Assembly (NCBI GenBank): GCA_965205215.1
Contig: OZ242041.1
Coordinates: 1,504,001-1,568,000, forward strand
Direction: 5' to 3'
From: Nitrosopumilus sp.
GTDB lineage: Archaea > Thermoproteota > Nitrososphaeria > Nitrososphaerales > Nitrosopumilaceae
Length of the DNA: 64,000 nt
The first letter of the stretch is position 1, and every line of letters begins with the position of its first letter. Position numbers and translations under genes: made by a program. The notes below the pieces were generated by a model that was not told where the DNA came from, did not search any database, and saw only the letters and a list, made by a program, of their open reading frames with translations. Positions 19,165 to 28,294 of the stretch are shown piece after piece.

Positions 19165-20511
19165 CTACCTCTTTGGCGGTATCGCAAAGCGGTTGGCCGG
19201 ATCCTGATGATACTTGACGGGCAGCATCGCGTCCTTTTGCCGGCCCGTAAGGATCCCCACCACGACGTCGTCGCGCTTTATCACCTCCTGCCTTACGAGT
19301 TTTCTGATTCCGGCAACGGTGGCCCCGGACGCCATCTCGCAGTCGAACCCGTTGAGCCCCACCACCGACATGCCGTCAAGCATCTCTGCGTCGGACACGG
19401 TGGTGACAACCCCGTCGGTCAGCTCCAGGGCTCTGAGCCCTTTTAGTATGTTGGCGGGCCTCCCAATCTGTATGGCGGTGGCCTTTGTGCGCGGCCTCTC
19501 TCCGCGCCCGTCAAGGTCTGCATAGTATCTTTCGATGGCGTCCTCGTCGGGCAGCCCGGCGTTCCACCGCAGCTCCGTGCCCTCAAATGCCCCGTTGTAC
19601 AGATCCGACAGCGTGCGCGCCCCCTCCGCGTTTATCACGGCTATCCTCGGCATCTTTTTTATCCAGCCCCACCCGTACAGCTCCATCAGGGCCTTGCCGC
19701 AGCTTGACGTGTTTCCGAGCGCTCCACCGGGATACACGATCCAGTCCGGGACCGCCCAGTTCAGGTACTCGAGCGCCCTGAACGGTATGGTCTTCTGCCC
19801 CTCTATCCGGAACGGGTTTATCGAGTTGACCGTATAGCCTCCCCCGGTTCGGGCGTCTGTCAGCGACTGCTGCAGAGCGTCGTCAAAGTTTCCGTCGACC
19901 TCTATTATCTGGGCTCCGAACTGGTACGCCTGGCTGAGCTTGCCGGGGGCAATCTGCCCGGCCGGGATGTACACGTCGCAGGACATGCCCTCGTTTGCGG
20001 CAAACATTCCGGCCGACGCGGACGTGTTGCCGGTCGACGCGCACACGATGCGGTCTGCGCCGGTCAACCTGGCGTGCGTGACGGCGGTGGTCATCCCGTT
20101 GTCCTTGAACGAGCCGCTCGGGTTGTAGCCCTCCGGTTGGAGCCACAGCCCGCCGCTTGCGATGCCGGCAAACTCGGCCGCCTTGGACATGTGGTACGGC
20201 TTTGCCTGCCTGCCCTCGGCCCCGTCAAGGGACACCAGCACGGACGCGCATGCCTGCGCGTCCTCCGTGTCAATCTGGCAAAAGTTGAGCAGTTCCCGGA
20301 ACCGCCAGACCCCGCTCTCGTCAAATATGTTCCCCTGCGAGTTGCGGCGCCTGTAAAAAACATCCTTTGTGCGCACGTGGGGCCCCCGGTCGTACGTCAC
20401 GTCGAGGAGGTGCCCCCTCTCACACTCGACTCTGGCCTCTCCAATCTCGTAGCGGAGGGGGCACTTGGGGTGTATGCACTCAAGATGCGCGCCAGCCTTT
20501 GGACCGTCCAT
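19165..20511 (-). CDS. thrC: Threonine synthase
   Basis: SGVWRFRELL, EGYNPSGSFKD (PLP lysine), CASTGNTSAS, NSINPFRIEGQKT. Confidence 0.93.
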   Translation of the reverse strand: MDGPKAGAHLECIHPKCPLRYEIGEARVECERGHLLDVTYDRGPHVRTKDVFYRRRNSQGNIFDESGVWRFRELLNFCQIDTEDAQACASVLVSLDGAEGRQAKPYHMSKAAEFAGIASGGLWLQPEGYNPSGSFKDNGMTTAVTHARLTGADRIVCASTGNTSASAGMFAANEGMSCDVYIPAGQIAPGKLSQAYQFGAQIIEVDGNFDDALQQSLTDARTGGGYTVNSINPFRIEGQKTIPFRALEYLNWAVPDWIVYPGGALGNTSSCGKALMELYGWGWIKKMPRIAVINAEGARTLSDLYNGAFEGTELRWNAGLPDEDAIERYYADLDGRGERPRTKATAIQIGRPANILKGLRALELTDGVVTTVSDAEMLDGMSVVGLNGFDCEMASGATVAGIRKLVRQEVIKRDDVVVGILTGRQKDAMLPVKYHQDPANRFAIPPKR

Positions 20512-20852
20512 ACTAAGAGGCCGAGGCGTGTTTTTTTAAGCATTTGTAATCAAAACCCCGGCTGCTGGACGCGGCATGCCGAGTGCAACACACCCGGCGC
20601 GCCGGATCCCCCCGCTACAGTATGTCCCGCCCCTCCGTGCATTTCATTCCGGGGGCAGTGGCAGCCGCAGGCGCGCGGTCCCTTTTGGACAAGGGACTTT
20701 CGTGCCGGGCGGCCCTGCACCCGCTCGACGCCGTCCGACGTGGCGGCCGATCCGACGGGTCCCGGGCACGCCCGCGACCGGCACGCCCACTCTGCGTCCG
20801 AGCCGACGCAGGCGTGAGCAATATTTAGATTAAGAATGCGCCGCGTAACGGC

Positions 20853-21227
20853 ATGGTCACATATTCGGGGCACTTGAAGAGGGTGCTGCTCCAGGTACTC
20901 GAGTCGCACGGCGTGCTTGCCGACATCAAGAACACCCCGCTAGACATTGACGGGATAAAGAGGGAGATGCTCCGGATAAACGGATCGCTCAAGGCGGTGC
21001 TCTCAAGCGTTCCCGAGTCAAGCATCACGCACTCGGACTACAAGGCGCTGCGGGCAAAGTTTGCCGCATACCTCGACTCGTACGACTTTGAGGGCGAGCT
21101 TGATGCAATGTACATGCTGTACGCCGAAGACATGATGCGCATAAACAACGTCAGGGCCAAGATATTAGAGGCGCTCGAGGACAAGGGGATGATGAAATCC
21201 ACGATGGAGATGGCAGAACAGCTATGA
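20853..21227 (+). CDS. Conserved thaumarchaeal hypothetical protein
   Basis: Clean 124-aa helical ORF with typical codon usage; AT-rich promoter-like stretch upstream. Confidence 0.7.
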   Translation: MVTYSGHLKRVLLQVLESHGVLADIKNTPLDIDGIKREMLRINGSLKAVLSSVPESSITHSDYKALRAKFAAYLDSYDFEGELDAMYMLYAEDMMRINNVRAKILEALEDKGMMKSTMEMAEQL

Positions 21228-21364
21228 CGCGCGGCGAGTCCGGAGGCGGCGGCCGGAACGGGGACGACAGGAGGTGCGTACTATGCGGATGTAGGGACCA
21301 CAGGGTGTTCGGGTGCGCAAGGCATGTGGCTGGCAGGTGCTCGTGCAAAAACAAGGAGGCCTGA
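21224..21364 (+). CDS. Cys/His-rich microprotein (46 aa)
   Basis: Hand translation MTRGESGGGGRNGDDRRCVLCGCRDHRVFGCARHVAGRCSCKNKEA*; ATGA overlap with the upstream stop. Confidence 0.55.
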   Translation: MTRGESGGGGRNGDDRRCVLCGCRDHRVFGCARHVAGRCSCKNKEA

Positions 21365-21369
21365 AGTCG

Positions 21370-21489
21370 TCAGCCCCGCCTTCCGGGGCCCGATCTTATG
21401 TGAAAGTTGAGGCAGCACCCGCATTCCTTCTCGATGCACTCATCCTCGTGGTGGTGCCCGCATATGCCACACTCGCAGCTCCTTGCCAT
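21370..21489 (-). CDS. Metallothionein-like Cys/His-rich microprotein (39 aa)
   Basis: Hand translation MARSCECGICGHHHEDECIEKECGCCLNFHIRSGPGRRG* (7 Cys, 4 His); AT-rich stretch just upstream. Confidence 0.65.
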   Translation of the reverse strand: MARSCECGICGHHHEDECIEKECGCCLNFHIRSGPGRRG

Positions 21490-21577
21490 CACATATGATA
21501 TGCGGGATCAGCATATAATAGATGCTGCAGGGGCGGCGCCTTGCCCGGCACGCCGCAGGATCCGCCGCGCCGGCCAG

Positions 21578-21913
21578 TCACCGTCTTCGCGCCTGGTTCC
21601 GGCTCTTTCGGCGGCTGCTTGCCGGCGCCTGCTTTTCGTTAAGCTCGTTCTCCCTGGCCTCGGCCTTGCTGTCCACGGCCCTTATCACCTCTTGAATCAT
21701 GCCGTCAAGATCGCTGTCGTCCACGGGCGGCTCCACCCCAGATGCGATCTCGTGGATCGTCTCAGATATCTCCGCGCTCAGATCCTCAAAACTCTCCGGA
21801 TCCTCGTATGCGGCTCCATACAGGTTGCGCAGCGTGTTGACGTGCTCGACGACCTGATCGGTCAGCATGATTCTGTAGTCCGTTCCGTTTATGCTGAACT
21901 CCCTTGAACTCAC
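21578..21913 (-). CDS. Conserved thaumarchaeal acidic hypothetical protein
   Basis: GTG start; REFSINGTDY...LYGAAYEDPESFEDLSAEIS...DSDLDGMIQE. Confidence 0.7.
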   Translation of the reverse strand: MSSREFSINGTDYRIMLTDQVVEHVNTLRNLYGAAYEDPESFEDLSAEISETIHEIASGVEPPVDDSDLDGMIQEVIRAVDSKAEARENELNEKQAPASSRRKSRNQARRR

Positions 21914-22095
21914 AATGGGCCTCTGAGAGGTGTGCTTATAACTTTTAACGAAAAAAGATCCCGGTTCCGGCAGGAGGTGGCGCATCCTGCGGCGGACGGG
22001 GAGTGGCTTCTGCCACACAAGCCGCGCATGCAAGGACGATCATGACTCGAATGGTACATCCGGAGGACAGCGGCGCGTACGCCGCATGCACGAGC

Positions 22096-22548
22096 TCAGA
22101 ATACGATATAGTCAAGCGCCGACGCGTCGCTGATCAGCCTGGTGTGCCTAACCCCGAGCACGTATCCGTTCTTGATGTCGGCGGTGGGAATCCACCTGTT
22201 TGTGGACGTGTAGTGCCGTTTTTCGGCAAGCTCCCTCTCGATTGCCTCTATGTCAAACTCCGCCTCCTCTACCTCCTGGGTGGTCAGGTGCTTTATCGTA
22301 ACCAGTATCTTTGTCACCTTGACGCGGTCGCCAAACTTCCACCGGGACGAGGGGACCTCGTCGGAGACCTCCAGCACCTTTATCTTCATCTGCTTTGTCC
22401 GAAAAACGTCGTAGCTGGTGAGCATCCGCTCGTCGGTAAACTCCTCAAAGCTGGTGCGCGAGCCCGTCTCGGTGTCGGACACCGTGTCGAGCAGGGACTT
22501 TGTCTCAGTGGTGGCCGGCTCCTCCACGTCAAAGTTGCCCGACGACAT
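22096..22548 (-). CDS. Conserved thaumarchaeal hypothetical protein
   Basis: MSSGNFDVEEP...RWKFGDRVKV...RHYTSTNRWIP...LISDASALDYIVF. Confidence 0.75.
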   Translation of the reverse strand: MSSGNFDVEEPATTETKSLLDTVSDTETGSRTSFEEFTDERMLTSYDVFRTKQMKIKVLEVSDEVPSSRWKFGDRVKVTKILVTIKHLTTQEVEEAEFDIEAIERELAEKRHYTSTNRWIPTADIKNGYVLGVRHTRLISDASALDYIVF

Positions 22549-22570
22549 CGCAGATCGTACGCCCCCACTA

Positions 22571-23248
22571 CTAAAAAATGATTCGCGCGCCGCGGACAGC
22601 CTCTGCGGGCTGCCGCGTCTCAAACGGCATGACGCACTCGGCGCCCCGGACCGGCACCCTGTAGTCGCTGTCGAGCCCCTCTCGCCTTGTATAGAATCTT
22701 CCGTCGTACGTGCATATGCACTCGGTCGTCTTCGACCTGTGCCCCCTGACCTTGTAAAACTCGTGTAGCTCCCTTGGGCGGTACTCGGCCGTCCCTATGC
22801 GCCTCTTTGAGATGAACTTGTAGGCAAGTATGACATGGCGCTTCTTGAACGCCGAGAACGTGTCGGCCCATACCCGGCAGCGCTCCACCTGCTCGGCCGG
22901 AACCGACAGCGCGGTGCCCGAACCGGACTTTGCCTCAATTACGACCAGGTGCCCCTTCTTCGGGTTCACGGCCAGTATGTCCGGTAGCCCCGTACTGGGG
23001 GAGCCGAGCCGGAAGGCCCTCCATCCCTCGCTCGAGTTGAACCGCTTTACCAGCGTGTCCTCCCACTGGTAGCCTCGCTGGCGGCGGGTGCGCGCTGCGG
23101 CCCTGTTGCCGCTGCTGTTGCCGCCGCGTTCGTGCTTTGTACGACCCTGGCGCCGCCCAGCGGCAGAACCGCGGCCGCGCACGTCGCCGGCCTGCCCCGG
23201 ATCGGGGGCGCCGTGCGCGGGTGGACCCGCCCGGCGTGCCATAGTCAT
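22571..23248 (-). CDS. Archaeal Holliday junction resolvase-like PD-(D/E)xK nuclease
   Basis: RQRGYQWEDTLV, GSPSTGLPDILAV, VVIEAKS, QVERC; start codon uncertain. Confidence 0.8.
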   Translation of the reverse strand: MTMARRAGPPAHGAPDPGQAGDVRGRGSAAGRRQGRTKHERGGNSSGNRAAARTRRQRGYQWEDTLVKRFNSSEGWRAFRLGSPSTGLPDILAVNPKKGHLVVIEAKSGSGTALSVPAEQVERCRVWADTFSAFKKRHVILAYKFISKRRIGTAEYRPRELHEFYKVRGHRSKTTECICTYDGRFYTRREGLDSDYRVPVRGAECVMPFETRQPAEAVRGARIIF

Positions 23249-23388
23249 GCCAGCCGCTCCCCGCCCGGCGGTTATATCTTGTGCTGATTGCGGAACGGAC
23301 GGCATCGGATCCGGGTTCCCGCGCAATCCGGCTGCGGGCATTCCAGAGGGAGATCCGATGGACAAATTTGAAGCTGCGCCTACGAAAG

Positions 23389-24171
23389 ATGGTTATACCG
23401 CGCGCGCCCATACATGCCGTGGCCCTCAAGCGCATCTGCGACGGCACGTGCAAAAACTACGGCGTAAAGAAGCCTGCGGCCGGGGGAAGGTACGTGGCAG
23501 GACAGGCAAGGTGCCAGACGTGCGACATGTGGATAGACCACCAGGGGGCGCACCTATTTGGTGGCAGGCCCGCCACGGCGGGCTCGAAGGGATGGTTCTG
23601 CAACTGCTGCAACTACAGGGTCAGGCGCAATCCAAGGAACATAGTGTACAAGTCAAAGCTGCGGAGCAACGCTTATGACGCAGGCTCCATGACCGCCACG
23701 GACGAGCTCGGGATGAGGGGGGCAGGCAGGGACCCCAGAGGCGCGTCCTTGGGGGTGGGAGGTGACGAGGAGGAGGAGGAGGAGCATCCGCGCATAGACC
23801 TGTCTTACTTTAACAAAAAACGTGCCATGATGCTCAGGGAGCTCGGCGCGCTCATGGCCCGCATGGGCCATGATCCCGAAAATCTGGCCGAGGGCTTTCC
23901 CCTGCGACACGGGTGGACCGTATCGGACATCGCGACGGAGTTTGACGCAGGGTTTGGCGAGGTGGTGAGGCACGCCGTCGGCAGCGAGCCCAACAAGATA
24001 TCGCTGATAGCGGACTTTGAGATGGCAAGGGACAAGGCGGGCAGGGTTCCGACGCCGCAGGACATGCAGGAGCACTCGCGGTTTGCCATATCGGACTACA
24101 AAAGAGAGTTCAAGTCGTGGGAGCATTTTCTCGATAGGCTCGGGTACGATCCGTGGTATCGCGGTAACTAG
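23389..24171 (+). CDS. Zinc-finger protein fused to a homing-endonuclease-associated-repeat-like domain
   Basis: CDGTC..GGRYVAGQARCQTC...WFCNCCNYRVRRNPR, then GRVPTPQDM..SRFAISDYKREFKSWEHFL. Confidence 0.7.
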   Translation: MVIPRAPIHAVALKRICDGTCKNYGVKKPAAGGRYVAGQARCQTCDMWIDHQGAHLFGGRPATAGSKGWFCNCCNYRVRRNPRNIVYKSKLRSNAYDAGSMTATDELGMRGAGRDPRGASLGVGGDEEEEEEHPRIDLSYFNKKRAMMLRELGALMARMGHDPENLAEGFPLRHGWTVSDIATEFDAGFGEVVRHAVGSEPNKISLIADFEMARDKAGRVPTPQDMQEHSRFAISDYKREFKSWEHFLDRLGYDPWYRGN

Positions 24172-24289
24172 CTGCGGCGGCGGCCGGACTGCAGTACGGC
24201 GCCCGCGCCAAAAAGGAAGCTGCGTTTGGGATGCAGGTTACAAAGCCTGGACGTCACAGGCGGCGCTGCCGCCGTAGCCGACTCGTGCC

Positions 24290-26902
24290 CTACGAGACGG
24301 TCTCGTTTACGATGCGCTCAATCTCGCCTTTGGACATGGCATCAAGCATCTTTTGCAGTATGCCGCCAAGCGTGTCGTCGCCTTCCGTGTATCCTACCGA
24401 CAGCGTGTACTCGTCTGCAATCGTACCTGCTTCTGCCAGGTTCTCGATGCCGTTACTGGCCGCAATGTATCTTGCAACTTCCCACACGTCCAAAAAGGCA
24501 TCGGCGCTGCCGTCAGATACCATGGTCAGCGCCGTCTGTGCGGAGTCGGCAGACTCGTACGCCACATCGGGCATGTTCTCATCCAGCCAGGTCTCCACGG
24601 CATAGCCGTCCACCGTCACCACCTCGTAGTCTGCAAGGTTCTCAGACGTTATGACGTCGGCGTTCTCCTCAAGCGTGATTATCGAGATCGGTATTGTTAT
24701 CCACGGCTCCGTAAAGTCCATGTACTCGTCCCTCTCCGCAGTGTTCTCGACTACAAACAGCACGTCGGCCGTTCCGTCTTTCATGCGGTCGAGCGCATCG
24801 TTCCAGGATTCAATTGCAGGATCCGCCTCCGCGAACTGGGAGCCGGTCATGCCCTCGAGCGCGTCTGCAATGGCTCCGGACACCCCCGCAAGGCTTCCCT
24901 CGTCATCCACGTACTCGTACGGGGGCCATGCAGGGTCATACGCGACCGTTATCACCGGATGATCCTCAAGCCAGGCCTGCTCCGCGTCGTCAAACGAGAC
25001 CTCCGCCACCGGTGGTTCGGATTCCATGTAGTAGCCGGCTGCGAATATGTAGCCGTCGTGCATCTCAAGCAGCGTGACCTTTTCGGCGTCCTCGCCGGTC
25101 TCGGGGTTCACAAACGTATAGGTCATCCACGTCTGGGCCCCGTCACCCGATAGCTCCTCCATTATTTGCTCCGCGTCCTTGTCCGGATCGGTTACTAGAT
25201 CAAACAGGTATCCCCCGATAATATCCGTGTCCGCGCCGTGCGCCGCGACTACAAGCATGTCGTCAAGCACGAACGGGTACGATGGATAGTCCGTGCTCAT
25301 CGCGTCTATGGCCGCAAACGTCGCGTCCATTCCAAGCTCCTTGTACATCTCGACCGCGGTGCCCACGGACCACATAACCTCCGTCTTCTTGGCATACTCA
25401 CCAGTCAGATAGAACCCGGCTCCGAATGTGTAGCCGTCATGCATGACAAACCATGCCTTTTTGGCCTGCTGCTCGCCGGTCTCGGGGTTCAGGAACACGT
25501 ACTTTCCGAACACCCCCTGTCCCTCGTCAAACGCGCCCTTGGAGTCCCGGATGGCCGCGCTCATCTGGTACGGCTCCCAGATCTTCTGGCCTGTCCGGTC
25601 GAGTATGGAGCCGTCTGCGACCTCCGTGTTTGCCGAGTCCATTACAAACGGATACCACTCTTTCTCGACGCTGAGGGCCGTGATCTCGGCAAAGGCGTCC
25701 TGCCCGCCCTCTGCATACATTGCAAGGGCGTTGTCTGTGGACATGATGGCGTTGATCTTTTTCGTCTGGAATTCGTCTGGGTAGAACCCCGCCCCGAACG
25801 CGTAGCCGTCGCGTATCACGAGCCAGGAGAGCTTTATCTCCTCTGCCTGGGTCTCAAAGTTCGTAAACGTGTATGTCACCCAGGCGCCGCCGTTGAGTTC
25901 GGACTCTGTCTGGATCAGTTCAATGGACTTGTTCGAGTCTGTAATAGCCACGGACACGTCGCCCACGCGTGACGCATCGGCACCGTGCGCCGCCACCACC
26001 TCGGCTTTAATGTCGACGACAAACGGATAGGTTCCTCCCGGCATATAGCCCTCGGCGGCATCAGTTATCATGTCAAATGAGTCGGTCCCGTGCTCATCGT
26101 ACAACCCCGCCGCCGAATTTGCAACCCACATTGCAACGATCATCTCGGCTTCAAGATTATTGAGGTAGAATCCGCTGGCAAATATGTGGCTGCCGTGCAG
26201 CGCGAGGTACGACTTTTTAGTCTGCATCTCCCCGGTTGCGGGGTTTGTAAACGGATACATGACCCAGGTCTCGCCGTTCTCGTCAAGCTCGGCCCTGATC
26301 TCGTCGTACGTCTTCTCGCCGTCGTCCAGCGCGCTCGACATGGTGCCGACCAGGGTTGCGTTGAATCCGTGCGCAAGTATGGTCAGCGTGTCATAATCGA
26401 TGACAAACACATACGGCGATTCTGCGTCGTACGTCTCTGCACCCGCGGTTATTGCATCAAGCGCGCCCTCGCCGTCCGACTCGTACGCTTCAACGGATTC
26501 GGTGACCAAGGTCCTGACATCCTCCTTCATATCGGCAAACCGGTCGCTAAACATGGTCATCGACACCACAAGGGCGGACTCCGGCTCCGTGACATCCTCA
26601 GAGGTCGCCGTCTCGCCGTCTTCGGGCTCCACCGCCTCCATGTCCGCTGAGGCAGCCTCAACTATGGTCGCAAATTCCATGGCGGTCAAGCGGTCCACCG
26701 ACGAAGAGAGTGCGCAGATCGGATCCCCGTTTGCCTTGAGCATCAGTACGCGCTCGCCGTTGCATGCGACGTCCTCTGGCGCCGTGCCTTTTGCAACCTG
26801 TTTTGCGGGCGATGGGTTGTCCATGTCGGCATACGCCGCCCCGGACGCCCCGGCAGCAATTAGAGAAAGTGCAAGTAACAAGAATAACGGGCGGCTGGCC
26901 AA
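24290..26902 (-). CDS. Secreted protein with four tandem Cache domains and a C-terminal family-3 solute-binding domain
   Basis: Signal peptide (probable TTG at 26902). Four repeats of Y[PV]FV.D...AHG...W..Y.F.NP.TG....K......DGY.F.AG[FY]Y. C-terminal EQAWLEDHPVITVAYDPAWPPYEY...RDEYMDFTEPW. Confidence 0.85.
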   Translation of the reverse strand: MASRPLFLLLALSLIAAGASGAAYADMDNPSPAKQVAKGTAPEDVACNGERVLMLKANGDPICALSSSVDRLTAMEFATIVEAASADMEAVEPEDGETATSEDVTEPESALVVSMTMFSDRFADMKEDVRTLVTESVEAYESDGEGALDAITAGAETYDAESPYVFVIDYDTLTILAHGFNATLVGTMSSALDDGEKTYDEIRAELDENGETWVMYPFTNPATGEMQTKKSYLALHGSHIFASGFYLNNLEAEMIVAMWVANSAAGLYDEHGTDSFDMITDAAEGYMPGGTYPFVVDIKAEVVAAHGADASRVGDVSVAITDSNKSIELIQTESELNGGAWVTYTFTNFETQAEEIKLSWLVIRDGYAFGAGFYPDEFQTKKINAIMSTDNALAMYAEGGQDAFAEITALSVEKEWYPFVMDSANTEVADGSILDRTGQKIWEPYQMSAAIRDSKGAFDEGQGVFGKYVFLNPETGEQQAKKAWFVMHDGYTFGAGFYLTGEYAKKTEVMWSVGTAVEMYKELGMDATFAAIDAMSTDYPSYPFVLDDMLVVAAHGADTDIIGGYLFDLVTDPDKDAEQIMEELSGDGAQTWMTYTFVNPETGEDAEKVTLLEMHDGYIFAAGYYMESEPPVAEVSFDDAEQAWLEDHPVITVAYDPAWPPYEYVDDEGSLAGVSGAIADALEGMTGSQFAEADPAIESWNDALDRMKDGTADVLFVVENTAERDEYMDFTEPWITIPISIITLEENADVITSENLADYEVVTVDGYAVETWLDENMPDVAYESADSAQTALTMVSDGSADAFLDVWEVARYIAASNGIENLAEAGTIADEYTLSVGYTEGDDTLGGILQKMLDAMSKGEIERIVNETVS

Positions 26903-27041
26903 TGGTACAGGGTAGGAAAGAAGCAATATTAGCGTTATGTCAGATGTGGCGTACTGCGCGATTCCCCAATCCGCTCCGCCAAGGGGTGCGGCCCTGCTCA
27001 TGGCGCAGGCCGAGGCCGTCACATGCTGGGCGCCATACCTG

Positions 27042-27956
27042 TCAGATGACAGTCAGCCACTGCCTGAACCTGCTGTCCCTGCCCGCTACGACATCTGCAA
27101 ACGACTTTTGCAATCCTTTTGTAATTCGTCCCATGCGGCCTGTCCCGATTCTGGCCCTGTCTACCTGCGTGACCGACCTTATCTCTGCGACCGTGCCTGT
27201 CATGAACACCTCGTCCGCGACATACAGGTCGTCCCTGTACAAGTCGTACTCTGCGACATCCATCCCGTCGGCCTCTGCTATTCGCATCACGCTGTCCCTC
27301 GTGATGCCGTCCAGGCATCCAGTCGAGAGCGGCGGCGTCAGTATCGAGCCGTCCCTGCATACGAATATGTTCTCGACGCAGCCTTCTGCCACCCTGCCGT
27401 CTGTGTTCAGTATGATGGCCTCGTCGTACCCGTTCTCAGATGCCTCGATCCTTGCGAGTGTGGCACTAGAGTAGTTGGCGGCCACCTTTGCCTGTATGGG
27501 CTGGGCCCTAGGGTCTATCCTGACCCAGCTTGACACCATGCATCTTGCGCCGGAAAACTTGCCGGCCTTCGATTCGCCCATCTTCCAGGGCCAGCACGAT
27601 ATGGAGAGATCAACCTTGTTCCTTGTAGGCGTGAGGCCCATCTCGCCGTACCCGTAGTATGCCAGGGGGCGTATGTAGCCCTCCTTGAGCCCGCACGCGC
27701 GCACCGTATCGATTATGGCATCGAGGACCTGTCGCCTGGTGTATCTGAGCTTCATAGAGTATGTCTTGGCCGAGCGGAACAGCCTCTCTACGTGATCCTC
27801 AAGCCTGAATATTGCGGGGCCTTCGCGCGTATTGTAGTACCTGATGCCGTCAAATACCGCCGTGGAGTAGTGCAGTGCATGCGTCAAGACGTGCACCTTT
27901 GCATCCCGAAACGGCACCAGGCGGCCGTCCATCCATATCTTGCGGGATTCCTTCAT
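27042..27956 (-). CDS. ilvE: Branched-chain amino acid aminotransferase
   Basis: IWMDG, VLTHALHY, GYIRPL, AKVAANY, GYDEAI, LDGITR, ADEVFMTGT. Confidence 0.94.
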   Translation of the reverse strand: MKESRKIWMDGRLVPFRDAKVHVLTHALHYSTAVFDGIRYYNTREGPAIFRLEDHVERLFRSAKTYSMKLRYTRRQVLDAIIDTVRACGLKEGYIRPLAYYGYGEMGLTPTRNKVDLSISCWPWKMGESKAGKFSGARCMVSSWVRIDPRAQPIQAKVAANYSSATLARIEASENGYDEAIILNTDGRVAEGCVENIFVCRDGSILTPPLSTGCLDGITRDSVMRIAEADGMDVAEYDLYRDDLYVADEVFMTGTVAEIRSVTQVDRARIGTGRMGRITKGLQKSFADVVAGRDSRFRQWLTVI

Positions 27957-28294
27957 GGTGGGCGTTACGGATGTGTTGTTTAAATAGGTGTTAATGTGTG
28001 GCTGCACACTAGTGACCGCGCTTCGCGTCGTCTTGTCGGCGCCTTTCTGTGCAGGTGCGGGCGCAAGCGTGTTGTTGCTGATCTTCCCCAAGCCCTGCCA
28101 GTAAAACGCGTACCGTGCCAAACGGACACAGGGCTGGCCCCCTATTGCAGATCACAGGCAGGATGCGCGGCATGTCCCAGCGGCAGCAGCAACAGCAACA
28201 GCAACGGCAAAACCTATCATCTGCATCACAGGACCGGCAGGCCCGGCCTCTGGCGGTGTCCTTTCGTCGAGGTTGCTCGGACGCGCGGCCGTCG

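Noticed and set aside
20550-20820. Possible RNase P or SRP RNA (GAAAGTCC-like word and a GTCCCTT/AAGGGAC hairpin)
   Set aside because: The other conserved elements could not be found; would need an Rfam scan
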